In this document: positions 38,201 through 48,779 of the stretch, in pieces
How the letters are laid out: every line of letters begins with the position of its first letter
How positions within the stretch are numbered: position 1 is the first letter of the stretch
Assembly: GCA_905178155.1 (NCBI GenBank)
Contig: CAJINV010000002.1
Location: 1,153,809 to 1,217,808 of the forward strand
DNA from: Amoebophrya sp. A120
Lineage: Eukaryota; Protista; Dinoflagellata
Length of the DNA stretch: 64,000 bases
Reading direction: 5' to 3'
The notes under the pieces: generated by a model
What the model saw: the letters and a program-made list of their open reading frames with translations, nothing else
What the model was told of the DNA's origin: nothing
The model's database searches: none
Position numbers and translations under genes: made by a program

Positions 38201-41200
38201 TATCCTCGTCGACATCTAGGTATTCCCCGAGACTGGCCGCTAACGATTGGATGTAGCGGGGGAGACTCCTTCTGTGGGATGTTCCGGAGCCCGCGATGTG
38301 GCCGAATGTGAGACTGTTGCCGACGAACAGCACCCGGATGCGGGCGGTTTTCGTAGGCCCGGATGTTGGCGGTGCTCCTGCACTAGTGCCGTCGTCGTGG
38401 AAATAAAACCCAGAGCTGTACTTGTGCCGACAGCATCGCACCCGGCATTTCTCCCAGGTGGACCCTAGATTGCACTCGTGGTGGTGCAGGAAGACTTCAT
38501 CCTGTCCGCACGCGGTGTTTTCCACGCCGGAGAACATGAACCCACAAGTTGCCCACGGGTGGCACACACCGCTTTCCGCCTCGCCCTGGTTGTCTCTTCT
38601 TTCCCAGTCGCATGACAAATCGCCGCTGTTGTCGGAAAATTCTTGTTCCCGGAACCGTCGGCTCCAACCACCGCCAATGATGCACTCCTTGGTGACTTTT
38701 TTGTACGACCAGACGTCGCAATTTTCGTATTCCGCACACTTCTATGGATTGCAAATGTGTCTGGGTCTACTGAAAATTTGTGATGCTAAAGAAGTTTATT
38801 GGATAAGATTGGCGCTCTCAAGTGCAGCCAAGCATCACAAGTATCACTGACGCCGTCTGATGCGTAGCACGCATGACAACCTGCGTTATTTGCAGGACGA
38901 AATAAAAGTAGCGCCTTTTTTGCTGGCCCTGCAACACAGATTTTTCAGGAATGCAAGACATGCAACACAAGTTCCACTTTTCCAGACCCAGACATTTTTG
39001 CAGTTGATAACTTCTCCCGACACCGCCGGTTTGTTGAAATGGAATACCCCGCGTCTTTATCCAATGCAAAAATGTCTGGGTCTGGAAGAATGCGACTTGT
39101 AATGCGTATTTCAGAACACAGAAAAGTCTCTCATGCATACGTAGCAAAAGCTTCCACTTTTTGTCAGCAAAATAGGGGACTTGTCATGCGGATTCGGCAT
39201 TGCGGAAGGTTCTCGAAACCTGTCATGCTAGAGCTTCCATGCCAGACCTTCTGTGTCATGCAAAAGCAGCATGACTCTTCCAGACCCAGACATTTTTGCA
39301 TTTCATAGTCTTTGAAGTTCCGTTCCCAGCAGGGTAAAGTTTTGTCATTCCTCCCGTTTTTATTTTTCAAGGAAAACGTGGCCCCGTCGATTTTGGTGAG
39401 AAACGCTTCGGGACACATGTCGTTTCTGGTTCGGGAGAAAGCGGCTGGACTAGTGATAGTGTTTGTGGAGGACGAGGAGGAGGTAGATAATGACTGAGCT
39501 GCTTCCTTCACTGTTGTTTTCCGGTGTTTTCTGGTCAACGTAGAAGTTGTACTAGCCACGACTGACGCTTGGCTTCTTCTGGCAGAGGTTTTCATCTGCA
39601 GCGCGCTGTCTGGACCTGGTTCTTCTTGTCTAGGTTCATCTCCTTCTCCTCTTCTCGAAGAAGCTACGGGCAGCTGCTTCGTGTTGGTGTTCATTCCTAC
39701 AACATCTTCATTACTGCTGTGCGTGTGCAGCCTCTTCCGTGGTCTACTCGCGACAAACGAGGACGCTGCTGTGTCTCCTGTGCCGCTGTTCGTCGAAACA
39801 AGGGCACCATCATCATCTCGACCACGACCACCAGGTGGGTCCTCAACATGTTCCGGCGAAGTTGTGGCGCAACTTCTCCCACCTGCTAGAGTCGCTTTAT
39901 TCTTCAGCAAGCGACCCCCGCCTTGTTCCGTACTGCTTGACAACGTCGGCGGTAGTATCTTGCGTTTTATTTGTATGACTTCGACAACGTCGCACCCAAA
40001 CAATAACGTACCCAAAAATTTTTCAAAAAGGAATTACTACAACCCCTATGGTATACTAATAAACCAGCTAGTTAATATTTTAGATAGAGAATTAATGTAG
40101 CTATTTAAGCTCTATATAGTTGAAGCATCCACCACCAGAGAGTACGACCCAGTCGCTCTACGGCTTCGCCTCGGGACACAACGTCTGGCCGCAGCTCACT
40201 TGCCGGGCCTTTTTCGGCGACCGTCGTCGCCTGCCCGGGATTTGTTCGAACCATGAGAGAAGACCTGTGCAGCGCGAAGCCAGTGCTGGTGGCTTTTCCA
40301 GCGCGTGAAGAGGACCCAGCGCAAACATCTACGCCTCCGGCCAGCCAGCCGCGCGACCATCCTTTTTCTTTAACGGCCAAACGGGCGCCGCCTATGCACC
40401 ACACATCAGGGGGTGCGGGGATGCCCTGCCGCGATCCCCTTCCAAAGGGAGTCGCGGTCGCTTTACTTTTCAACGCAATCCCGACGCTATGGCCAGTTTC
40501 CCACTCGCCGCCACAGGGGGGTCGCGAGGGGGGTAGGCGATCCCCCTCCGGCCAAGAAAGGCCGCAGGCTGCCAGAGGATAGGCGGATGCGCAATGGGAT
40601 TATCCTGTGGCAGTGCTCCTGCAGGAAATCAGAGTACGCACAAGAAGGAGCAGCGGGGGCCCAAGAGCCTGTATGCGCTAGAGGGGGCTGCGAAACACTT
40701 CCATGCCCTCCGGTTTTTTGATTACCCACGGCCTCGCCCACGGGAAACGCTGAGAAATTGCTACGGTTTGACCAGTGCCCCCGGCCCCGATACGAGGCGA
40801 AGCCGTGAACCAGCTGGGTCGTACTCTCCGGCGGTGGATGCTTATTATAGCGGCATTAACTACATATACATTCAGTAACTATCTTAACAAAGTAGCTAGT
40901 TTCTGCACTAGATAGTTTGGGTTTCTATACTAAAAAAATTTTTTTTGGGTACGATATCGTTTGGGTACGTTGTCGAAGTCATAATTTGGAGGTCGTCGTC
41001 TCGGCCTAGGGTCCTCGTGGAGCCGGAGGTACTACTACCGGTAGTACTAGAGGTGTGCTTTTGTTCCTTCTTGTACTTCTTAGAGTTGTTCTTGTACCGC
41101 AGGCGCCGCACAAACGCGGCGTTCGTTGCGGCGTAGTTCAAAATTACAAATATCGTTGTCACGACACTGCTACGTCGTCGAAATGTAAATGAGTTTGCCT

Positions 41201-41303
41201 TGCCGCAAAAACTACGGGGGAAGGGGGCGCGTTCATGATCATTCTTGTTGTGGCAGGGCAGTCGCCGATCAAGATCATGTTCTTGTTCTTTAGAACCGCA
41301 CAT
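35216..41303 (-). CDS. PAN/apple-like + SGNH hydrolase + (Ser-Pro)n/Thr-rich stalk, paralog 2 (~1242 aa)
   Basis: Six elements removed (+5 nt each) give a 3729-nt open frame from ATG 41303. Motifs [42 protein letters not shown]. Confidence 0.8.
35665..35869 (-). repeat. 12-bp coding tandem repeat encoding (SP)n
   Basis: (GGAGACGGRCTY)n; in the gene frame it reads PSPSPSPS. Confidence 0.9.
35892..36169. mobile_element. TIR introner, family C (left TA mutated to GA, TSD diverged)
   Basis: ATCAAATGCAAA.GTGTCTGGGTCTGGAAGA TIR; removal plus 5 nt keeps the frame. Confidence 0.85.
36792..37007. mobile_element. TIR introner, family G; GT-AG compatible
   Basis: TATCCCACGAAAAAAATGCTTCACTGTGA TIR; TSD ccttc (gaagg on the sense strand). 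Confidence 0.92.
37134..37441. mobile_element. TIR introner, family D
   Basis: Family D TIR; TSD ccgat. Confidence 0.93.
38743..39009. mobile_element. TIR introner, family C
   Basis: Family C TIR; TSD acttc. Confidence 0.92.
39058..39307. mobile_element. TIR introner, family C
   Basis: Family C TIR; TSD gtctt; inverted relative to its close homolog 62155-62406. Confidence 0.93.
39974..40983. mobile_element. 1.0-kb TA-bounded TIR element inside coding sequence
   Basis: ~50-bp imperfect TIR TATGACTTCGACAACGT..ACCCAAAC.ATA.CGTACCCAAAAA; TSD atttg; removal fuses [12 protein letters not shown]; GC-rich core. Confidence 0.9.
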
Positions 41304-41968
41304 CGTGGCCGTGCTTGTCTTCGCGTTCGCTTGCGTCTGCTACGTAGTCTAGCAGAAACAATTAATTACCAGAACGAAGCCGAAATCAAAATTATTATTA
41401 TATGCGTTGGTCCAAATAGTGCAAAAAAAACAAAATTCGTGTACCTGACATACAATCTGAAAAGAAGGTTAACATTGAAGACCTGTATGTAAGATGGACC
41501 ACATGCACAACTTTGATTGATTCGCGGATTTCGCTTTCGATGTGAAGAACAAGTTCTGAACGAAAATTAGAGGCACGTAAAGGAGACGAACTTTTGTTGA
41601 ACCTTGAACGATTTTTCGGACGATACAAGAGTTATTGGCTTTGCACGACAAAAAAAATCACCGGAACGACAGGACGACATTGAAAGCTAGCTACTGCAAC
41701 GACGGAATTGGACGATGACGAAAAAGTACAAAGCACAGATAAAATTCATGCCTGCTCAGGACGCGCTTGACCAGCTTGTAAACCCTTTTCGCCAAATCCA
41801 TGTCCATTTTCTCCTTCGCGGAGTCGGACACGGTGGCGTAAATTTCCTTCATCGCCTTCCCCTGCACTAGCCCAGACGGGATCCAGCAGGTGACCTTACT
41901 AGCTACCCCGCATAGTTTGTCGTCACAACACTCCTTCTCCAGGTCCTTTTTCAACACAACAGCCACCC

Positions 41969-42095
41969 TATGAATTGCAAAAGTATCGTACTAGTAGTAA
42001 TTGCAATACAAATTCGCTCACTGATGTGCCTTGGGAGCCAGATTATGTAATGCATGAATGCGATTACTACGAGTACGATACGTTTGCACGGGATA
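41969..42095. mobile_element. TIR introner, family B
   Basis: Family B TIR; TSD caccc. Confidence 0.9.
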
Positions 42096-43365
42096 CACCC
42101 ACATACGAGGACCTGGTAGTGGAGACGGTACCTGCCGAGACCCTGCACGGGCCTGCAAAGAGACGTCGTTTATTTCGGAGTACAGTTTTTTTGCAGTAAT
42201 CGACCGTCGGTCTTCTACTGGTCGGTTCCTGCAAAGAGAGGAGTACTTCTCTAAAATATCGGTTCCGCAAATTAGAGTTTATTTAGGAGAAGACGGCTCC
42301 GCAAAGTTTAATCCTCGGAGTACAGTCTTCTACTGGTACCGGAGTACTCCACTGCCGAGACGGTTTTATTTGGAGGGTCTCGACCGAAACTTGCACGGGG
42401 GTCGTGGAGCCGGTACTACTACTACCGGTAGTACTAGACTAGAGCTTTAACACCCGTTAGCATGAGAAGTGGTGAATTTGTAGTGAATTTTGCATGCCAA
42501 ATTGCAGATGAGCCCGCCGGGACATTGTCCCTCTTGGCCCTGTTCTGGGATGAAGTAGAAGGCCCTGGCGCACCGCGCAGCAGCCGCGGGCTTTTGTGCA
42601 GTGGGCAGCCAGAGGACATGGCCCGGGCGCCGTTCTTTGGGCAGATTTTTGCGCCTCCCCGTTCTCGCAGAAGAGCACTGCAGCAGCCGCGGCAAAGACG
42701 CCAGAAATAAAGGCTGCGAAGCGCATACAACTAAGCAAGAAGGACGGCAAGGACGAAAGGACCCGGCCGAGAGCTTTGAAGCATTTTTCTGGCAGGCGCG
42801 TGAAATCTTGCGGCATTTTCAGCAGAATACAGACGCGGTTAGGGCAGCAGAGGACTCCGCTTTTTCCCCCTTTGCGTTCCTTCTCATGGCCTATCTGTGC
42901 ACTTTTTTGAGCACTTTTCTGCGCTAAAGTTTGCTTATCACGGTCGAAAAGGGGCGCCCGGTGAATTTTGGGGTGAATTTTGAAAAGGGCGCCGGTGAGT
43001 TTTGGCCTCCGGCTCCTTTTCAAAATTCGCTAGCGCGTGAGAAACTCCGGGTTTTGGGGCTTCCAAAAAGTTTAACAAAAAGAAAAAGCCCGAAAATTCA
43101 CCAAGAGAATTCCTGACCTGGGGGTCACGTCAAAGAAGACTACTAGAGGAACCGACCAAGATGAGGCAGGAACACAGCTGGGAAGAGGTTACTTACAGAG
43201 CAAAGCAGGCGATGCTAGCATCCGTAGTAACCTGTCTCCAGATAAGTATCCAAGCCGAGGCAGCCACAACCCGCGACGCGACTTCTCTACTTTGACATGT
43301 TGAGCTAGTACCTTTGACCCCCTTTTCAGGCATGACCCTCGTCCCGGTCGATCCGCCACTATCGG

Positions 43366-43671
43366 GTCGTCGTCTCGGCCTAGGGTCGTGGAGCCGGTAC
43401 TACTACTACCGGTAGTACTAGGGGTGTGCTTTTGTTCCTTGTTGTACTTCGAGTTGTTCTTGTGCCGCAGGTGCCGCACAAACGCGAAGGAATAGGAACA
43501 CCAGGTGAGGTCGTTCGCAGCGTGCAAAATTACAAATATCGTTGACGTTCTTGTGACGACACTGCTACGACGTCGTCGAAATGAGTTTGGCTTGCCGCAG
43601 AAACTACCACGCAAGGGGGCGCGTCGATCATTCTTGTTGTGGCCGGGCAGTCGCCAATGTTCTTGTTCCTG
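43366..43671 (-). pseudogene. Displaced copy of the first exon of SGNH paralog 2
   Basis: EQEH..RLPGHNKND...SSVVT...FVRHLRHKNNSKYNKEQKHT...LGRDDD matches 40990-41290. Confidence 0.75.
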
Positions 43672-43790
43672 ATCGCACTCGTATAAATGCATGACAAATT
43701 CCGCTAGCATGAGGGTAATGCAGATTTACCTTGAGAAAAAAATCTGTAATGCATGATTGCAATACGAGTACGATACTTTTGCACAGGATA
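43672..43790. mobile_element. Family B element truncated at its left end
   Basis: Intact right end ...CGATACTTTTGCACAGGATA; the left TIR lacks its first ~15 bp and abuts the displaced exon. Confidence 0.8.
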
Positions 43791-45837
43791 CCGGGCGGTG
43801 CGCGTGCACCATGTGGGCAACGATGATTGCATCGGGGTACTGCCGTTGGTAGAATTCCACGGAAGACTGGAAAAAATGCTCTCCGTGCGCCGTATACCCG
43901 ACCGTTCTGGTTTCGTCCTGCAAGCTGATGATATCGTACCGTTTATTGACGTACTCTTCCCTCGGAAACTGCAGATCATTCGCCAAACCCCAATCCTTCA
44001 AACTCCCGTCCACTCCCAGTCCCTTCTGCGGGCAGCCGAGCGCCTGCGATCGCGTGCAGCTATCCTCGACCAACTCGTTCGGGCCAAATTCGCATTTTTT
44101 GAATTCGAGTAATTCCGGGCTTCGCCGCCGGCTGCCGTTCCCCGCTGCCTCCCGCCGCCTCCTCCGGTTTGTCGGGTGCTCCGACCTTCCGAACTTCGCC
44201 TCCAAATAACAAGTATGCGCGCGCATGTGAACGGACGTGCCGCCCGAAGTGTCTTCGTCCACGTCGAGGCGTTCTGGCGTCGCTAAACTCCACGCCAAAT
44301 ACTTCACGTACTTCGCCAAGGCCTTCCGGTCTGTTTCTTTTTTGTTCTTGTCTAGTTTCCCGAAGGTGACGGAGTTCCCCACGAACAAAACCCGGGTGCG
44401 TTGCGTTTTCGTCTTCAACGAAAAGTCGTGAATATGGGGTAGAGGTCGGTCAAATTCAAAATCTGGATCCGTCGTAGATTTGCAACATTTCTCCCTACAG
44501 TTTTCCCAACTGCTCCCGCGGTCACATTCGTGCTTCGGAAGAAACACTTCGTTATGTTCATGAAACAGAAACCCGCAGGTAAACCAGGGATGGCACAGAC
44601 CCGCCATGACTTTTGGCCACAGCGTTTTTTCATCTTCGTGGTTCGAAGTTTCGTGTCTTACCCAGGGACAGGGCGGTGGGTTCAGCACCTGTTTGCTGTT
44701 CCACCTTGGGGAGAACCCACCACCGATGCGGCAAATCGCATTTTCCGCCTCTGCTCCTGGTTCGTAATACGTCCACATCTCACAATTCGCGTACTCGGAG
44801 CAGATTTGCATGCACTCCCGGTTACCGAAGGTTCTGCCGAATTCGGTAGCGCTCACGTCGCTGGTCTGGGAAAAGGTTTTGGACCAACAAGTTAAATCCT
44901 TCGAGTCGGTGGTGCCTTCTCCAAGATCGGTGTAGGAAGCAGCATCCCCGTCTTCCGCGAACTGGAAGCCAACGCCGTCGATTTTCGTGAGAAACGCCTG
45001 GGGGCACTTGTCATTCATCAAACGGTCGACGACACCGTAGGCGGAGTAGGGGGATTTATTCGAGTTTATTCTGATTTGCTCTTTCGATTGATGTAGTTCA
45101 GCATGCTCGTGCTCTGTCGTTTTCCTTTTCATCCTCGCAGCGTTCTTTTTGTGCAAAAGTGAAGACGTGGCAGTTTTGATGTCCCGCTGGGTGGTCTCTT
45201 CTTCTACCTGCGGGTCGGATGAATCTTCGACGTCCCGCCGAGAGTATGAGTAATGCCTCTGCCCGTGATGGTGGTTCTTCTCGACGGTCGTGGGAAGAAC
45301 AGCGCCATGATCTCCATCCTCATCAGAGGAAGACGGGTCTTCATCGTGGTCCTGCTCTCGTGGAGGTCCGGCTTGGAGAAAGGAATGACGCTTTTGATCT
45401 TCATTTTTCGTAGACGAATCTACGCGATTCCGGTCCCACCTGTCTTTATTCCGCAAGAAAGACGAAGACGAAGTGGAGGCACTGAGGCTACTTGCGCCCT
45501 GGCCTTGACGTGGTCGCTGTACTACAGTTACAGGATTATCTGCTAATACCTGCTCACGTCGTCGCTTCAAAAACGTGGATCGCAAGTTGCCGCGCTGCGC
45601 TGCTGCGGTGCCACAATGCCAGGCCAAATTTGTCAGTGCAAAAATCCTTGTCACGACCGCCCACGTCTTGCGCGTGCAGCGAAGAACAGCAGATGCTGCA
45701 CGAAGATCGGTCATACTTGTGAATGTAAAAATCGTATGCAGCTGTGGCTGTCAAAAAGTTGAAGTTCGATAAGCTTAGCTTCTACTTCATGTAACAGAAA
45801 CAAAATGAATATGATGAGGACAACTGACCCTGTCAGG

Positions 45838-47825
45838 GGGTCTCGAAAGATAAAATATTAAGTTTTCTCTGTTGATATCAATTGATATCAAATGATATCA
45901 AAAGATATCACAGAGAAAGTTGAAAGCAAAACAGAGAAAAGTGTAAACAAGAAACAGAAACATAAACAGAATGAGAAGAAACAAAAACAAACATAAGCAA
46001 AAACATAAAGGATACACATATAAAAACAAACAGAAATGGCTGCTTGCGCATCACAAACTGCCATTTCTGCACAGAAATACCTGTCGCGGCCTCTGAGTTT
46101 TCTCTGTGGCGAGAGGAGTTTTCTCTGTGATACAGAGAAAACTTCCCTCCCACAGAGAAAAGTCGACCTTTGCCGAGGGCCGGCATTTCTACTGGAAATC
46201 AGAGTAGAAACGCCAGGAGGTCTGGAATTCCTACCGAAAATCCAAGAAGAAGTGCCAGCCTGGCGGAAATCCAGGTAGAAAAAATGCCAGGAGGCCCCCC
46301 CCTGGCATTCCTACCGAAAGTCCAGGTAGGTAGAAACGCCAGGAGGGCTGGCAATTCTACTGGAAATCAAGCTAGAAGCGCAAGCGCCATGGCATTCGTG
46401 CCAGAGATCGAAGATCCCTACAGGAAATTTAAGTAGAAATGCCAGCAGGCCTGGCATTCCTACAGGAAATCGAAGCAGAAATACCAGGAGGTCTGGCATT
46501 CCTACAGGGAATCCAGGCAGAAATACCACCTCAGCCGGCATTTCTACTGGGAATCAAGGCAGAAATGCAAGGCCCAGCATTTCTACTGAGAGAGAATCAA
46601 GGTAGGCAGAAAGGCCCGAGCCGGCATCCTCGCCCGGAATCCAGGTAGAAATGCCTCGGCCGGCATTAGGGTACCCGCATCGCGCGCGCAGCGCGCGCGA
46701 AGAATTATTTCGCATGGCCTACGGCGACACAGGCAGCCGCTTTTGCTTCCTTTGAAGGGCGTGGGTGGGAGCGCGCATGGACATGGGACATGCGCGACAA
46801 CGCAAATTGCTTCTAATCCTGGAAAGGATTAGACAGGCGCGCGGCGCGCGCCGGCAAAATTGCAAAACCCAACAGGAGCTCGAAGGAGAAACACTGTACC
46901 GGGCCCGGCATTCTTGAAAAGCTCCGCCCTAGCACAAACGGGCCTGCCCTACCCCTAAGCAACCAGAAACCATATTAACTCGCGCGCGCAGCGCGCGCGG
47001 AGTTTTTTCTCGGCTTCCGGCTCCGAATCCGGTTCCCAGACAGTTTTTGCCGTCCGCCACTTCCCGGGCGGGGCCGTAGCAACAAAAAGCGCGCGAACCT
47101 AAAAAAACTTTTGCAACCCAGACGAGAACGAGAAGCGCCCCAAATGGGAATCCGGGGGGCTTTTTCGTGTTTGATTTTTCTATCGGCAAGAAAAGCCAAG
47201 GCGGGGCGGGTAGGCCGGCCCGGCGGACGGAGGGCGGGCCCCAGCAGAAAAAGTTACCCGCCGAAACCGCGCGCGAAGCGCGCGGACTAATTTTTTCGGC
47301 CAATAGCGGCGATGTCCCGGCCCTGCACGCAGGACACACGCAGCCCGCCAGGAATTTGCGCACGCGCGGGCCTGCGCGCTTGCTGCCACACGCCTGCACG
47401 TCGCGCGCCCCCAATAGCCTGAAGGCGCCGCCGCGCGCTTTTGTGGTTGCACACCCCGGCGAAGCCTAGCGGCCCTGTGGATGCACGTGCGCCGCCTCGG
47501 CCAACCCTTCCACAGCACCACACGGACTAGCTTCATTCAAAGGCGTGAAGGAACTCCGCGCCTACGTATTGAAGCCGCAAAGCAGCCACGGATGCCGCTC
47601 GGCGCGGAGTTTTTCCAAAAACAATAAAACGCACGCCGGCCGACCGCGCGAGGGTAGGCGTGCAGAAGCTGCGCCAGTGTCTCGCGTGCAGGTTAGTTCT
47701 GCGACCATGTTCACCGCGGGAAGTTTTCTCTGCACGACGGAAGTTTTTTATGTGTTGCGAAGTTTTCTCTGTGCGGGTTGGACTTTTCTCTGTCGGTTGA
47801 TTTTTTATTTTTTTTTTCTAGACCC
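45838..47825. mobile_element. 2.0-kb non-autonomous TIR element with 6-bp TSD
   Basis: Ends GGGTCTCGAAA / TTTCTAGACCC; TSD gtcagg (45832-45837, 47826-47831); subterminal CAGAGAAA/TTTCTCTG motifs; internal imperfect-palindrome repeats GTAGAAATGCC...GGCATTCCTAC (46180-46660). Confidence 0.75.
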
Positions 47826-48779
47826 GTCAGGAACTGCAGAAAAAAACAACACCTCAACTGCGCCGAAAGTTCGTGCGTCAAGTCTACTGTAGCTTTTATT
47901 TACTAGGGTACTAGCTGAGTTATGTCTGAATGGTCTGGAGCACGCAGGCTAAGAAGCTGGTTATGGTTTAGAACTATGTCATCGGACGAAGCACGAGTAA
48001 ATGAAATGTCAACGATGAGACGATCTTGAAGACGACTGAGTTTTTTTGCGAAATGTTTGCACTGCCACTGCACCCGGGAAGTGACTACGATTGTTATATT
48101 GTGTTGATATCACGGAACCGACAATTTGGTATCGTGGCAACTACGCCAACGCGACCACATAAAAAACCTTGCATTCAGTTTCAGATTCAATTCACGATGG
48201 TCGCGCATAGCAGTATTAAACAACGAATATCTTGTAGTTCTGACGATCTAGTACTACGACCCACTACTTCGAGAAGCTGAGAGAATAGACGTGGTTTATT
48301 TTGGAGGCCGTTCTTGTTGAGGCCGGGAGATGAACGGCCGCTGCTTGATGTTGCGTCGTATTTTTCGCATGATCCTTCGTTCTTTTAGCAGCTCTAGTAC
48401 CAAGCTCTTTTCAGTCACTCCTTCAGCATCAAGCACACCATATTGATTCCTCCATTGAAAAAAAGGTTTGCCAGGTTCTTTTGACGTGCTAGAATGCAGT
48501 TCTTCGAGTTCGAGGTAATATCCGTAGAGGATAATAACTGCTGAAAAATATTTCGAATGTACTAGTGTTCAAGCTCATCAAGGGCTTTCTTGGAAATTGT
48601 ATCAGAGTACCACATAATTCTACCATTGCCAATTTCGATTTAGAGCGGCCTGCTATTTCTCACCAGTATAGCAAAGTCTGACAGCACGACTAAAATTTGA
48701 ATTTCAATTTGAATTTGGATATTAGTGTTGTAATTTTCTGCTTGCTTCACCAAGGAAGCTGCGAAGCCACCTCGTCATC

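Larger units (their letters stand above)
41691..45714 (-). pseudogene. PAN/SGNH hydrolase paralog 3, rearranged
   Basis: 5' part 43791-45714 ([20 protein letters not shown]) stops at a half element. The 3' remnant 41691-~42105 reads WVAVVLKKDL...RVYKLVKRVLS. The segment with the DxxH motif is missing and replaced by unrelated DNA. Confidence 0.65.

Noticed and set aside
46180-46660. Palindromic repeats resembling a CRISPR array
   Set aside because: Units are degenerate and adjacent, with no unique spacers and no cas genes; they are internal TE repeats in a eukaryotic context.
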